In this document: positions 40,393 through 49,298 of the stretch, one piece after another
Layout: each line of letters begins with the position of its first letter
Position numbering within the stretch: position 1 is the first letter of the stretch
Assembly (NCBI GenBank): GCA_044344255.1
Contig: JBIJDH010000022.1
Location: 64,001 to 128,000 of the forward strand
DNA from: Myxococcota bacterium
GTDB taxonomy: Bacteria; Myxococcota_A; UBA796; UBA2385
DNA: 64,000 nt
Reading direction: 5' to 3'
Position numbers and translations under genes: made by a program
Notes under the pieces: generated by a model
What the model saw: the letters and a program-made list of their open reading frames with translations, nothing else
Told to the model about the DNA's origin: nothing
Databases searched by the model: none

Positions 40393-40484
40393 CACACCCT
40401 CTGCGACGGCGCACCGGCGCACTCTCCCTCTCCACTTTTCCCTCTCTCCATCACTCCCTCTGTCCATCCAGTCAGGAGCACACC

Positions 40485-42128
40485 ATGTCCGAGTCTATTC
40501 GAAATGTCCTCATCGTCGGCGGCGGGACCTCGGGATGGATGACGGCCGCCTATCTGCGCCGCGCCCTGCCGGCGGGCGTAGCGATCACGGTGGTCGAGTC
40601 GGACCGCGTGCCCACCATCGGGGTCGGCGAGGCCACCTTCAGCACCATCAAGCTCTTCTTCGACTACCTCGGCCTCGAGGAGCGCGAGTGGATGCCCGAG
40701 TGTAACGCCACCTACAAGATGGCCATCCGCTTCGCCGGCTGGAACGCCGAGGGCCGCGACTTCTATCACCCTTTCCAGCGGTACGAGACGGTGGACGGCT
40801 TCTCGATCGCCGACTGGTGGCTCCGCCTGCACAAGGACAAGCCCTTTGACCGCATGTGCTTCGCCATCCCCGAGCTCTGTGAGAGCAAGCGCTCGCCCCG
40901 CTTCCTCGACGGGGAGGTCTTCGACCCCACCGTGCAGCACGCCTTCCGCCGCGAGCACATCGAGCAGCAGAACATGCTCGGCGAGCACAAGATCCAGTAC
41001 CCCTATGCCTATCACTTCGACGCCGCCCTCCTCGCCCGCTTCCTGATGAAGCGCACCGTCGCCGACGGCGTCCGCCACATCCTCGACGACGTCACCCACG
41101 TCGGCCTCCGCCCGGACGGCGCCATCGGCCACATCGAGACGCAGAAGCACGGCCGCCTCGAGGCTGACCTCTACATCGACTGCACCGGCTTCGCCGGCCT
41201 GCTCATCAACAAGGCGCTCGGCACCCCCTTCATCTCGTTCAATGACACGCTCCTCTGCGATCGCGCCGTGGCGATGCAGGTCCCCGAGGACATCGAGGAC
41301 GAGGGCATTCGCCCCTACACCACCGCGACGGCCCTGTCCGCCGGCTGGGCCTGGAACATCCCGCTCTATGGCCGAAAGGGCACCGGCTACGTGTACTCGA
41401 GCCGCTTCATCAGCCCCGAGCAGGCCGAGGCCGAGCTGCGCAGCCACCTCGGCCCCGCCGCCGACGGCCTCAAGGCCAACCACATCCGCATGCGCATCGG
41501 CCGCAGCCAGGACGCTTGGGTGAAGAACTGTGTCGCCATCGGCCTCTCCAGCGGCTTCGTCGAGCCCCTGGAGTCGACCGGCATCTTCTTCATCCAGCAC
41601 GGCATCGAGCAGCTCGTCACCCACTTCCCCACCAAGGACTTCGACCCGAGCCTCATCCGCAGCTACAACCGCGGCGTCGGCGAGTGTATCGACGGCGTGC
41701 GCGACTTCCTCACGCTGCACTACTACGCCAGCACCCGCGCCGACACGCCCTTCTGGAAGGCCACGAAGGAGGTCACCATCCCCCCGGCGCTGGCCGAGCG
41801 CCTCGCCCTCTGGAAGCAGCGCCTCCCCGACGCCATGAGCATCAACCCCGCCTACCACGGCTTTGAGGCCTACTCCTACTCGGTGATGCTGCTCGGCCTC
41901 GGCTACGTGCCCGAGGGCCCCCAGCCCGCGGTCGCCGGCGCCGATCCCCGCCGGGCCGAGGCCGCCTTCGCCCGGCTGCGCGCCCGCACCCGCTCCCTCG
42001 TGGACAAGCTCCCCAGCCAGTTCGAGTACCTCAGCCACGTGAGCGAGTCCCGAGGCGAGCTCTCTCAGGGCGGGATGCGGCTCTATCGCCGCCCGGTCGG
42101 CGCCGAGCAGGCCGAGGCCCGGTCGTGA
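40485..42128 (+). CDS. flavin-dependent tryptophan halogenase (PyrH/SttH-like subgroup)
   Basis: GGGTSG, IGVGEATF, catalytic Lys in NATYKMAIRF, FYHPF, QYPYAYHFDA, WAWNIP, FVEPLESTG, YHGFEAYS. Confidence 0.95.
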   Translation: MSESIRNVLIVGGGTSGWMTAAYLRRALPAGVAITVVESDRVPTIGVGEATFSTIKLFFDYLGLEEREWMPECNATYKMAIRFAGWNAEGRDFYHPFQRYETVDGFSIADWWLRLHKDKPFDRMCFAIPELCESKRSPRFLDGEVFDPTVQHAFRREHIEQQNMLGEHKIQYPYAYHFDAALLARFLMKRTVADGVRHILDDVTHVGLRPDGAIGHIETQKHGRLEADLYIDCTGFAGLLINKALGTPFISFNDTLLCDRAVAMQVPEDIEDEGIRPYTTATALSAGWAWNIPLYGRKGTGYVYSSRFISPEQAEAELRSHLGPAADGLKANHIRMRIGRSQDAWVKNCVAIGLSSGFVEPLESTGIFFIQHGIEQLVTHFPTKDFDPSLIRSYNRGVGECIDGVRDFLTLHYYASTRADTPFWKATKEVTIPPALAERLALWKQRLPDAMSINPAYHGFEAYSYSVMLLGLGYVPEGPQPAVAGADPRRAEAAFARLRARTRSLVDKLPSQFEYLSHVSESRGELSQGGMRLYRRPVGAEQAEARS

Positions 42129-43312
42129 TCGCCGCCGACCGCGCGGTGGGCTCGGCCCGCGCTCGACAGATGCCGATGCCGCCCATCCGCGCCATCTTCG
42201 AGGCCGCCTCCCGCATGGAGGACATCGTGCGCCTCGAGGTGGGCGAGCCGGACTTCGGCCCCCCCGCCTGGCTCCGCGAGGCCCACATCGACGCGCTGCG
42301 GCGCGACAGCTCGCACTACACCTCCTTCAGCGGCCTCCTGGCCCTGCGCGAGGCCATCGCCCAGAAGCTGGCACGAGAGAACGGGATCACCCGGGACCCG
42401 GCGACCGAGATCCTCGTCACCTCGGGGGCCACCGGCGCGCTCTATCAGGCGCTCCAGGCCACCGTGGACCCGGGCGATGAGGTGCTCCTCCCGGCGCCGG
42501 GCTGGCCCCAGTACATGGCGTCTACGGCCCTCGCGGGCGGCGTGCCGGTCTTCTATCCGCTACACGCGGCCAATGGTTTCGTCCCGCGGGCCGAGGACAT
42601 TGCGCGCCTCATCACCCCGCGCACCCGCGTCCTCCTGCTCAATTCGCCCGGGAACCCGACCGGCGGCGTGATCGACGCCGCGACCCTCCAGGCGCTCGCC
42701 GCCCTCGTCCAGCAGCACAACCTCGTGCTCATCTCCGACGAGGTCTATGAGCACATCCGCTTCGACGGGGCGGCGCACCTGAGCCCGGCCGCGCTCCCGG
42801 GGATGGCCGAGCGCACCCTCACGCTCCACAGCGCGTCCAAGACCTTCGCGGTCACCGGCTGGCGCATCGGCTTCGCCGCCGGCCCCGCCGCCCACATCGG
42901 GCCGATGACGAAGATCGGCCTCTCCACCTGCACCCACCCGAGCACCCCCGCCCAGCACGCCTGTGTGGCGGCCTATCGACGGAGCGCGGAGGGGGACATC
43001 TCCCGGATGGTCGACACGCTCCGGCAGCGGCGGGACTTCCTCTGTGACAGCCTCTCCGCGATGCCCGGCCTCCGCTGCACCCGGCCCGCCGGCGCCTTCT
43101 ATGTGTTCGTGAACATCGAGGGCACCGGGCTCGACTCCGAGAGCCTCTCCTGGCACCTGCTCCGCAGCGCCGGCGTCTCGACCGTGCCCGGGGTCGGCTT
43201 TGGCCCCGGGGGAGAGGGCTTCATCCGCCTCTCCTTCGCCGCCTCGATGACCGAGCTCGAGCGGGGGGTCGAGCGGATCCACCGGGCGCTCTCCCAGCTC
43301 GCGCACGGCTGA
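42125..43312 (+). CDS. PLP-dependent class I/II aminotransferase
   Basis: GEPDF, VTSGATGAL, NSPGNPTG, SDEVYE, SASKTFAVTGWRIG (PLP Lys), FIRLSFA; GTGA overlap with the halogenase. Confidence 0.93.
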   Translation: MIAADRAVGSARARQMPMPPIRAIFEAASRMEDIVRLEVGEPDFGPPAWLREAHIDALRRDSSHYTSFSGLLALREAIAQKLARENGITRDPATEILVTSGATGALYQALQATVDPGDEVLLPAPGWPQYMASTALAGGVPVFYPLHAANGFVPRAEDIARLITPRTRVLLLNSPGNPTGGVIDAATLQALAALVQQHNLVLISDEVYEHIRFDGAAHLSPAALPGMAERTLTLHSASKTFAVTGWRIGFAAGPAAHIGPMTKIGLSTCTHPSTPAQHACVAAYRRSAEGDISRMVDTLRQRRDFLCDSLSAMPGLRCTRPAGAFYVFVNIEGTGLDSESLSWHLLRSAGVSTVPGVGFGPGGEGFIRLSFAASMTELERGVERIHRALSQLAHG

Positions 43313-43365
43313 GCGCCCTCTCGCCCCGCCCCTCTCGCCTCCTCCCCTCCGCCTCCGGAGCCGTC

Positions 43366-44502
43366 ATGTTCAGCCTCTCGCTCGACGCCACCCCCGCCTA
43401 CTCCCCTCGCTCCGCGGCCCCCTCCCTCTCCGCGCGCCTGCAAGCCGCCGCGCGGCTGGTCGACGCGCAGGACCCCGCCGCCGAGGCCGCGCTCGCGGCG
43501 CTCCGCTCCGACACGGAGGCCGCGCAGGGCCCCGAGGAGCGGCTCGCCCGCCTCTTCTTGGGTGCGCTCGAGGCGCGGCGGGCGGGCCTCGCCGCCGACC
43601 TCGGCAACCTCTACGGCGGCGGCGCCGGCCCCGCCGAGATGCTCGGCGCCTTCGAGGCCTTCGTCCAGGACACCCCGCTCGTCCGCTTTGCACACCACGC
43701 CGCCAACGCGGCCCACCTCGCGGCCATCGGCGACGCCGCCGCCGTCCGCATCATCGACGTCGGCCTCGGCTTCGGCAGCCAGTGGGAGCCCCTCCTCCAG
43801 GCCCTCGCCCGCCGCCCCGGCGGCCCGCCCGCGGTGCACCTCGTCGGCATCGACCTCCCCGCCCCCGGGGCAGACCCGGCCGCCGGGCTCACCGCGGTCG
43901 GGGCCCGCCTCGCTCGCCTCGCCGAGGGCTGCGGCGTACCCTTCACCTTCACCGCGCTCCCCGGGCGCGTCGAGGACCTGCCGCTGCCCGAAGTCGAGCC
44001 CGGCGAGCGCCTCACCATCAACGCCGCCTTCGCGCTCCACCACACCGGCCCCCTCGATCGCGACCCCACGCTGGCGCGCCTCGCGGCCACCGGCGCCCAC
44101 GCCATCGTGCTCTGCGAGCCCGAGGCGGACCACGACGCGCCGGCCTTCCCGGCCCGCCTCCGCGCCGCGCTCCGCCACTACGGGCTCGTCTTCGACGTCC
44201 TCGACCGCTGCCTCCGCGAGCGCCCGGCCGCCCGGGCCGTCATCGAGGGGCAGTTCTTCGGTCGCGAGATCCACAACGTCGTCGTCGGCGAAGGCGCCGC
44301 GCGGGTCGAACGCCACGCGCCCCACGCCGACTGGTCCCGCCGCCTCCGGGCCGCCGGCCTGTCGCCGGTCTCCCTCCGCACGAGGCCGGACAGCCAGCTC
44401 CGGCTCCCCGACGGCGTCGCGGTGGTGCCCCTGGGCTCGGCCACGGCCCTCACCGTGGATGGAGAGCCCCTGGTGGTGGTCTCGGCGTGGCAGCCGAACT
44501 GA
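43366..44502 (+). CDS. GRAS-domain protein (SCARECROW/DELLA-like, methyltransferase fold)
   Basis: PLVRFAHHAAN, VRIIDVGLGFGSQW..LLQALARRPGGPP (VHIID), EPEADH..F..RL..ALRHY..VFD (PFYRE), GREIHNVV.GEG..RVERH, C-terminal VSAW. Confidence 0.93.
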   Translation: MFSLSLDATPAYSPRSAAPSLSARLQAAARLVDAQDPAAEAALAALRSDTEAAQGPEERLARLFLGALEARRAGLAADLGNLYGGGAGPAEMLGAFEAFVQDTPLVRFAHHAANAAHLAAIGDAAAVRIIDVGLGFGSQWEPLLQALARRPGGPPAVHLVGIDLPAPGADPAAGLTAVGARLARLAEGCGVPFTFTALPGRVEDLPLPEVEPGERLTINAAFALHHTGPLDRDPTLARLAATGAHAIVLCEPEADHDAPAFPARLRAALRHYGLVFDVLDRCLRERPAARAVIEGQFFGREIHNVVVGEGAARVERHAPHADWSRRLRAAGLSPVSLRTRPDSQLRLPDGVAVVPLGSATALTVDGEPLVVVSAWQPN

Positions 44503-44565
44503 GCGGGCGCCGCTCACCTCCCACTCACGCCGGATACGCGCTCCACACCTTCGGTCTGCTCGGCC

Positions 44566-45969
44566 TCAGCCCCGCCGACGCAGCCCGAGGGCCAGCCCAA
44601 AGAGGCCGAGGCCGACGAGGCCGGTGACCGGAGCGCGAGGCGCGGAGGCACAGCCGCAGCCGGCCTTCTCCGCGGGCTCCGCGGCGCCGCCGCCATCCTC
44701 GGCGGCGCCGTCGGCCCCGTCGGCCCCGTCGGCGCCGCCCGCCCCGTCGGCGCCGTCCGCGCCGTCCGCGCCGTCGCTGCCGCCGCTGTCACCCTCCCCG
44801 CTGGTGTCACAGAGCTCGATACACTCGCGATTGGCGGTGGTGTCGTCGGCGAAGCTCAGCACCTTGTCTTCGAGGATGTTCGAGGTGTAGAAGATGAGGT
44901 CAGCGGAGGCCTGCTCGGGGGTGTAGCGCATCCGCATGCGGGTCATGAAGTGACTGTCAAAGGCCCCGACGAAGCCCAGGTCCTGGAGGTCCTGCTCGGT
45001 CGGATAGACGCCGGTGCAGGGGTTGCAGGAGGAGATGCCTCCGCTGAACTCGGTGGTCCAGCCCGCGGTGCCGGTGGCGGCCCAGGCGCTCGTGAAGCGC
45101 TCCTCGTAGAAGGCCTTGAAGTCGTCGGTGGGGGCGCCCCAGATGCAGCGGTCGGGGACGTCGAACTCTGTGTAGTTCGAGATGCCCACCTTCCCCGCCG
45201 CGCCGTCTACGATGGTGTAGATCACCATGTCCTGGCTGCCCGGGGAATTGAGCGTGGCGAGGCGAATGGGGACGGAGAAGACCTCGCTCTCATAGGAGAC
45301 CTGGAGCGGCGACAGGGACGAGCCGTCGGCCATCGCTGCGGTGTCGGCCACCTGGGCCGCGAAGAAGAAGCTGCCGGCCTCGATGTACTCGGCGAGGATA
45401 GGGTCCGCGCCGGGGGCGAGCTGGAAGCCGTGCCCGTCGAGCCACTCCTGGAGCGCGCCCGACTCCTCGGCCGAGAGGATGAAGACCCGGTACTCCCCCA
45501 CGAGGTACTCCGCGACCACGTCCACCTCGCCGTCGTCTCCGCCGCCGCCCCCGGCGCCGTCTCCGCCCTCGGCGTTGGAGGGGATGCAGCCGGCGTCCGA
45601 GACGTGGCGGGGCCCCGTGTAGCCGTCGAGGCGGGCGAAGACCTCGGCGTCGAGGGTCTTGACCTCCTCCTCGGAGGGCACCTCGGGGACCGGGAGGAGG
45701 AGCGCGAAGTCTTGCGGCTCCCCGCTCGGGTTGACCGACACCGAGAAGGTGGTGCGGTTGCCCTGTCGCACCAGGGCGAGCCGCGCGACGTCAAAGCTGA
45801 GCTGGGAGGGGGTGCCGGTGACCAGCGTGGGGCAGGCCCAGGCCGAGCCGCCCACCGCCGAGAGGGCGAGGAGGAGGGACAGGGTGAGGCGCGCGGGGCG
45901 GGGCAGGGCGGTGGGCACGGGGGCTCCGGGGCGAGGGCGAGGCCCCGAGGATAGCCGGGCGTCGCTCAA
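44566..45969 (-). CDS. DUF2330-like secreted protein with GAD linker and MYXO-CTERM-like tail
   Basis: GEPQDFALLLPVP, LQEWL..HGF, YIEAGSFFFA, VPIRL; C-terminal GCGC...LGLRRRG. Confidence 0.82.
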   Translation of the reverse strand: MSDARLSSGPRPRPGAPVPTALPRPARLTLSLLLALSAVGGSAWACPTLVTGTPSQLSFDVARLALVRQGNRTTFSVSVNPSGEPQDFALLLPVPEVPSEEEVKTLDAEVFARLDGYTGPRHVSDAGCIPSNAEGGDGAGGGGGDDGEVDVVAEYLVGEYRVFILSAEESGALQEWLDGHGFQLAPGADPILAEYIEAGSFFFAAQVADTAAMADGSSLSPLQVSYESEVFSVPIRLATLNSPGSQDMVIYTIVDGAAGKVGISNYTEFDVPDRCIWGAPTDDFKAFYEERFTSAWAATGTAGWTTEFSGGISSCNPCTGVYPTEQDLQDLGFVGAFDSHFMTRMRMRYTPEQASADLIFYTSNILEDKVLSFADDTTANRECIELCDTSGEGDSGGSDGADGADGADGAGGADGADGADGAAEDGGGAAEPAEKAGCGCASAPRAPVTGLVGLGLFGLALGLRRRG

Positions 45970-47039
45970 CCCGCCTGCGCACCCGCGTCGAGGGCCCAGC
46001 GGACAGGCGCCTCGTGCCGCCAGGGCCGGAGCTCGGCGCCCGCGCCGAAGGGCAGGCTCGGCGGCGGCGTCCAGTCGCGCCGCGTAAGGGTGACCGCCCC
46101 CTCGTTACGCGGCAGCCGATAGAAGTCGGGCCCGTTCTCGGAGGCGAAGGCCTCGAGGCGGTCGAGCGCCCCCACCGCGTCGAAGGCCTCGGCATAGAGC
46201 TCGATGCCGGCGTGGGCGGTGTAGCAGCCCGCGCAGCCGCAGATGGCCTCCTTGCGGGAGACCGCGTGCGGCGCGCTGTCGGTGCCGAGGAAGTAGCGGG
46301 AGGGCCCGCGGGTGGCGGCCTCCAGAAGGGCCTGGCGGTCGGTCTCCCGCTTGAGCACGGGGAGGCAATAATAGTGGGGCCGGACCCCGCCCACCAGCAG
46401 GTCATTCCGGTTCGCCAGCAGGTGGTGGGCGGTGAGGGTCGCCCCGACCGCGGGCCCGGCGGCGTCGACGAAGGCCACCGCGGCCGCCGTCGTGAGGTGC
46501 TCGACCACCACGCGCAGGTCGGGCAGGCGGCCCAGCAGGGGCCCAAGCACCCGCTCGAGGAAGACCCGCTCCCGGTCAAAGATGTCGATGTCGGGGTCGG
46601 TCACCTCGCCGTGTACGAGCAGCGGCAGCCCGACCCGGGCCATGTGCGCGAGCACAGGCTCGACCTGGGACAGGGACCGCACCCCGGCGGACGAATTGGT
46701 GGTGGCGCCCGCGGGATAGAGCTTCACGCCGACGATGCCCGCGGCGACCGCCTCGTCGATGTCTCCCTCTGTGGTCTCTTCGGTGAGGTAGAGGGTGAGC
46801 AGGGGCTGGAAGGGCCGCTCGGGACAGGCGGCCTGTCGGGCCCGCTCGATGCGCTCGCCATAGGCCAGGGCGTCGGCCGCCCGCCGGAGGGGCGGCAGCG
46901 TGTTCGGCATCACCACCGCCCGCACGAAGCGGCGCGCCGTGTCGCCGATGACGGCCTGGAGGGCCTCGCCGTCACGGAGGTGGAGGTGCCAGTCATCGGG
47001 GGCGCGGAGGGTGAGCCGGTCAACGGTGGGGGGCGTCAT
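45966..47039 (-). CDS. pyrC: dihydroorotase (homodimeric type)
   Basis: DDWHLHLRDG, VMPN, KLYPAGATTNS, LLVHGEVT, EHLTT, YCLPVLKR, FLGTDSAPH, CGCAG. Confidence 0.96.
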   Translation of the reverse strand: MTPPTVDRLTLRAPDDWHLHLRDGEALQAVIGDTARRFVRAVVMPNTLPPLRRAADALAYGERIERARQAACPERPFQPLLTLYLTEETTEGDIDEAVAAGIVGVKLYPAGATTNSSAGVRSLSQVEPVLAHMARVGLPLLVHGEVTDPDIDIFDRERVFLERVLGPLLGRLPDLRVVVEHLTTAAAVAFVDAAGPAVGATLTAHHLLANRNDLLVGGVRPHYYCLPVLKRETDRQALLEAATRGPSRYFLGTDSAPHAVSRKEAICGCAGCYTAHAGIELYAEAFDAVGALDRLEAFASENGPDFYRLPRNEGAVTLTRRDWTPPPSLPFGAGAELRPWRHEAPVRWALDAGAQAG

Positions 47040-48769
47040 GTCAGTCCACGGGGGTCACGGGCCTGGACCCAGGAGAGGAGCGCGAGCCCGCGGGCCCGGG
47101 GGAGCGCCGCGGCCTGGGCGCGAGAGAGGGCGGCCCGATCGACGACCGCGAGCAGCGCGGGCTCCGCGGCCAGCGCGGGGAGCGTCGCGATGAGGGCGGG
47201 CAGGGCGAGCTCGTCCGGCAGGCGGGAGAGGGAGCGGATAAAGCGCTGCAGTGCGGACTCGGCGAGGCCACCGGCGCTGGCGGCGGCGAGCCCGGCGGCC
47301 AGTCGACCGACGAGAGACGCCGCCGAGGCGACCTCTCCGCGGTGTCGGGCCTCGTCGAGGGCCCCCTCGGCCTCCTGATAGAGCCGAATGGCCGCGGCGG
47401 GCGCCCCACCCTCCGCCGTCGCCCCGGCGAGGTGGACGAGGAGCTCCGCCCGGAGCAGCGGGAGGCCCACGGTGCGGGAGAGATCGAGGGCCTCCACGAG
47501 CGCGCCAGCCGAGACGAGGGCGCGGGTGAAGAGCCGCTCGACGGGCTCTGGCCCCTGTCCGGGCAGATCGACCACCAGCGGGGCGGGCCACTCGCCGAGG
47601 GTCCGGTGCATTGCGCGGGTCGCCAGCCCGAGGTCGCCCACCGCCGCCCGGAGCAGCGCCCCATAGACCAGGGGCTCGGCCTCGGGCGGGCCCGCGGCGG
47701 CGCTCGCCTCCAGGGCCGCCGCCGCGCGCCGCGCCCGCTCGGCCTGGCCGGTGATGATCTCGAGCTGGCCGAGCGCGTAGCACCAGGCCGGCGGCACGAC
47801 ATCCTGGCGGCGGAGCGCGTCCCTCAGCGCCGGCGCGAAGGGGCGACGCCGAGTCGCCAGGGCATAGAGCGGCCGCCAGGCATAGGGCGACTGGGGCTCT
47901 GGGGGGAGAGGGTCTCTCGCCACCCGCCGGACGAACGAGTCAAAAGCAGCGACGGCGCCCTCTTCGTCTCCATAAACGAGCCGAGCCTCGAGCAGCCGAC
48001 ACAGCGCATCCGCCCCGGCGAGGCCTCCAGCGGCCGGCGCGTCCACCGCGGCCTCCCAGAGCGCGAGCGCCGCTGTGAGCGCCCCGTCGCCGAGCAGCAG
48101 CTCACCCACCTCGGCCGCGACGAGCAGGCCAGGGAGGCCCTGGGAGAGGCCGCTCCGGGCGAGGTCCAAGGCGCGGTCGGGCCGGCCCCCTGCGAGGGCC
48201 ACCGCGGCGAGGCCCCGGCGGGCGACGCGCGCGTCGTCGGGATCGGCGATCCGATCGGCGGCCGCGAGGGCGAGGGACCAGGGCGCTCCGAGGCCCGGAT
48301 AGGCGACGTCCATCGGGCAGGCCGCGCAGAGGGCCGCCAGGGCCTGGGCCCGGGGCAGCCGCCCCTCGCCGATGTGCGGGAGCAAGACGAGCGCCTCCTC
48401 CACCGCGCCGAGCCCCGCGAGGCCCGCGAAGAGCCGCGCGCGGGCAATGTCGGGGCCCATCCAGCCCGGGCGCGCCCGCCACCGCTTGGGGGCGCGGAGC
48501 CCGTCTCGGGCCAGGAGCAGGTGGCGGAGGGCCTCCCCCGGCGCCTCCCCGGTCCGAGCGGCCGTGTCGGCCATCAGGGCGTGCAGCCAGGCGCACCCAA
48601 GCGGGTCGTCGAGGTCGAGCAGCACCTCGCGCGCGAGGTCCACCGCCCCGGAGCCGAGGGCCGCGGCGCCCACCGCCTCGAGCAGCTCGGCGCGGAGCTC
48701 GGGCGGCTCGACGGTCCAGGCGAGGTCAAGGGCCTCTGTCAGCAGGCTACCGAGGGTCGACTCTGGCAT
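47036..48769 (-). CDS. hypothetical helical-repeat protein
   Basis: Long Ala/Leu-rich alpha-repeat ORF coupled to pyrC by a 4-bp overlap; start estimated. Confidence 0.65.
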   Translation of the reverse strand: MPESTLGSLLTEALDLAWTVEPPELRAELLEAVGAAALGSGAVDLAREVLLDLDDPLGCAWLHALMADTAARTGEAPGEALRHLLLARDGLRAPKRWRARPGWMGPDIARARLFAGLAGLGAVEEALVLLPHIGEGRLPRAQALAALCAACPMDVAYPGLGAPWSLALAAADRIADPDDARVARRGLAAVALAGGRPDRALDLARSGLSQGLPGLLVAAEVGELLLGDGALTAALALWEAAVDAPAAGGLAGADALCRLLEARLVYGDEEGAVAAFDSFVRRVARDPLPPEPQSPYAWRPLYALATRRRPFAPALRDALRRQDVVPPAWCYALGQLEIITGQAERARRAAAALEASAAAGPPEAEPLVYGALLRAAVGDLGLATRAMHRTLGEWPAPLVVDLPGQGPEPVERLFTRALVSAGALVEALDLSRTVGLPLLRAELLVHLAGATAEGGAPAAAIRLYQEAEGALDEARHRGEVASAASLVGRLAAGLAAASAGGLAESALQRFIRSLSRLPDELALPALIATLPALAAEPALLAVVDRAALSRAQAAALPRARGLALLSWVQARDPRGLT

Positions 48770-48849
48770 GGTCCACTCCCCTTCGGCGGCGCGCCAGCGA
48801 AACAGCCTATCTCCCCATGCCGCCCGCGGGCCACCGACCATCGCGCCCC

Positions 48850-49290
48850 TCAGCCGAGCATGCGGGCCCGGGCCGCCGCCGCGGCGGGGGCGGCCTCCGC
48901 CTCGGGCGCCTCGGGGCCCGCCTGCCGGGGCCGAAGGGGCGGGGCGCCCTCGAGGGCGGCGAGCTCTACATGGGCTCGCACCAGGGCGCTCACCTCCCGC
49001 TCGACCCCCTGGGCCTGCTCGTCCACCCGCTCGAGGCCGGCGCCGGACTCGCCGACGAGGTCGAGCTGGGCGACGTCCAAGGCCAGCGACTTGACCGCCT
49101 GCCGGAAGCCCTCGATCCGCGCCGACACCCGGTCATGGGCCGCGACGAGCGATCGCCGCTCCTGGATGCGCCGCTCGACGGCCTGGGCGTTCTGGGATCA
49201 GAGGGCCTTCGCCGCCGCGTCCTGCCCTACGGCCTGCGCAGCCCGGGCCTGCCGGGTGAGGTAGCCCCGGAGGAGGGCGCCGCCCCGCCG
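48850..49290 (-). pseudogene. coiled-coil protein remnant with in-frame TGA
   Basis: Frame of ORF 48850..49128 continues upstream as ..LLRGYLTRQARAAQAVGQDAAAKAL*SQNAQAVERRIQERR..; TGA at 49200-49198. Confidence 0.55.
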
Positions 49291-49298
49291 TCCGGGAA

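Noticed and set aside
43366..44502. GRAS gene as plant contamination
   Set aside because: Intronless, host-like high-GC codons, GGAG RBS-like sequence upstream, and contiguous with bacterial operon genes.
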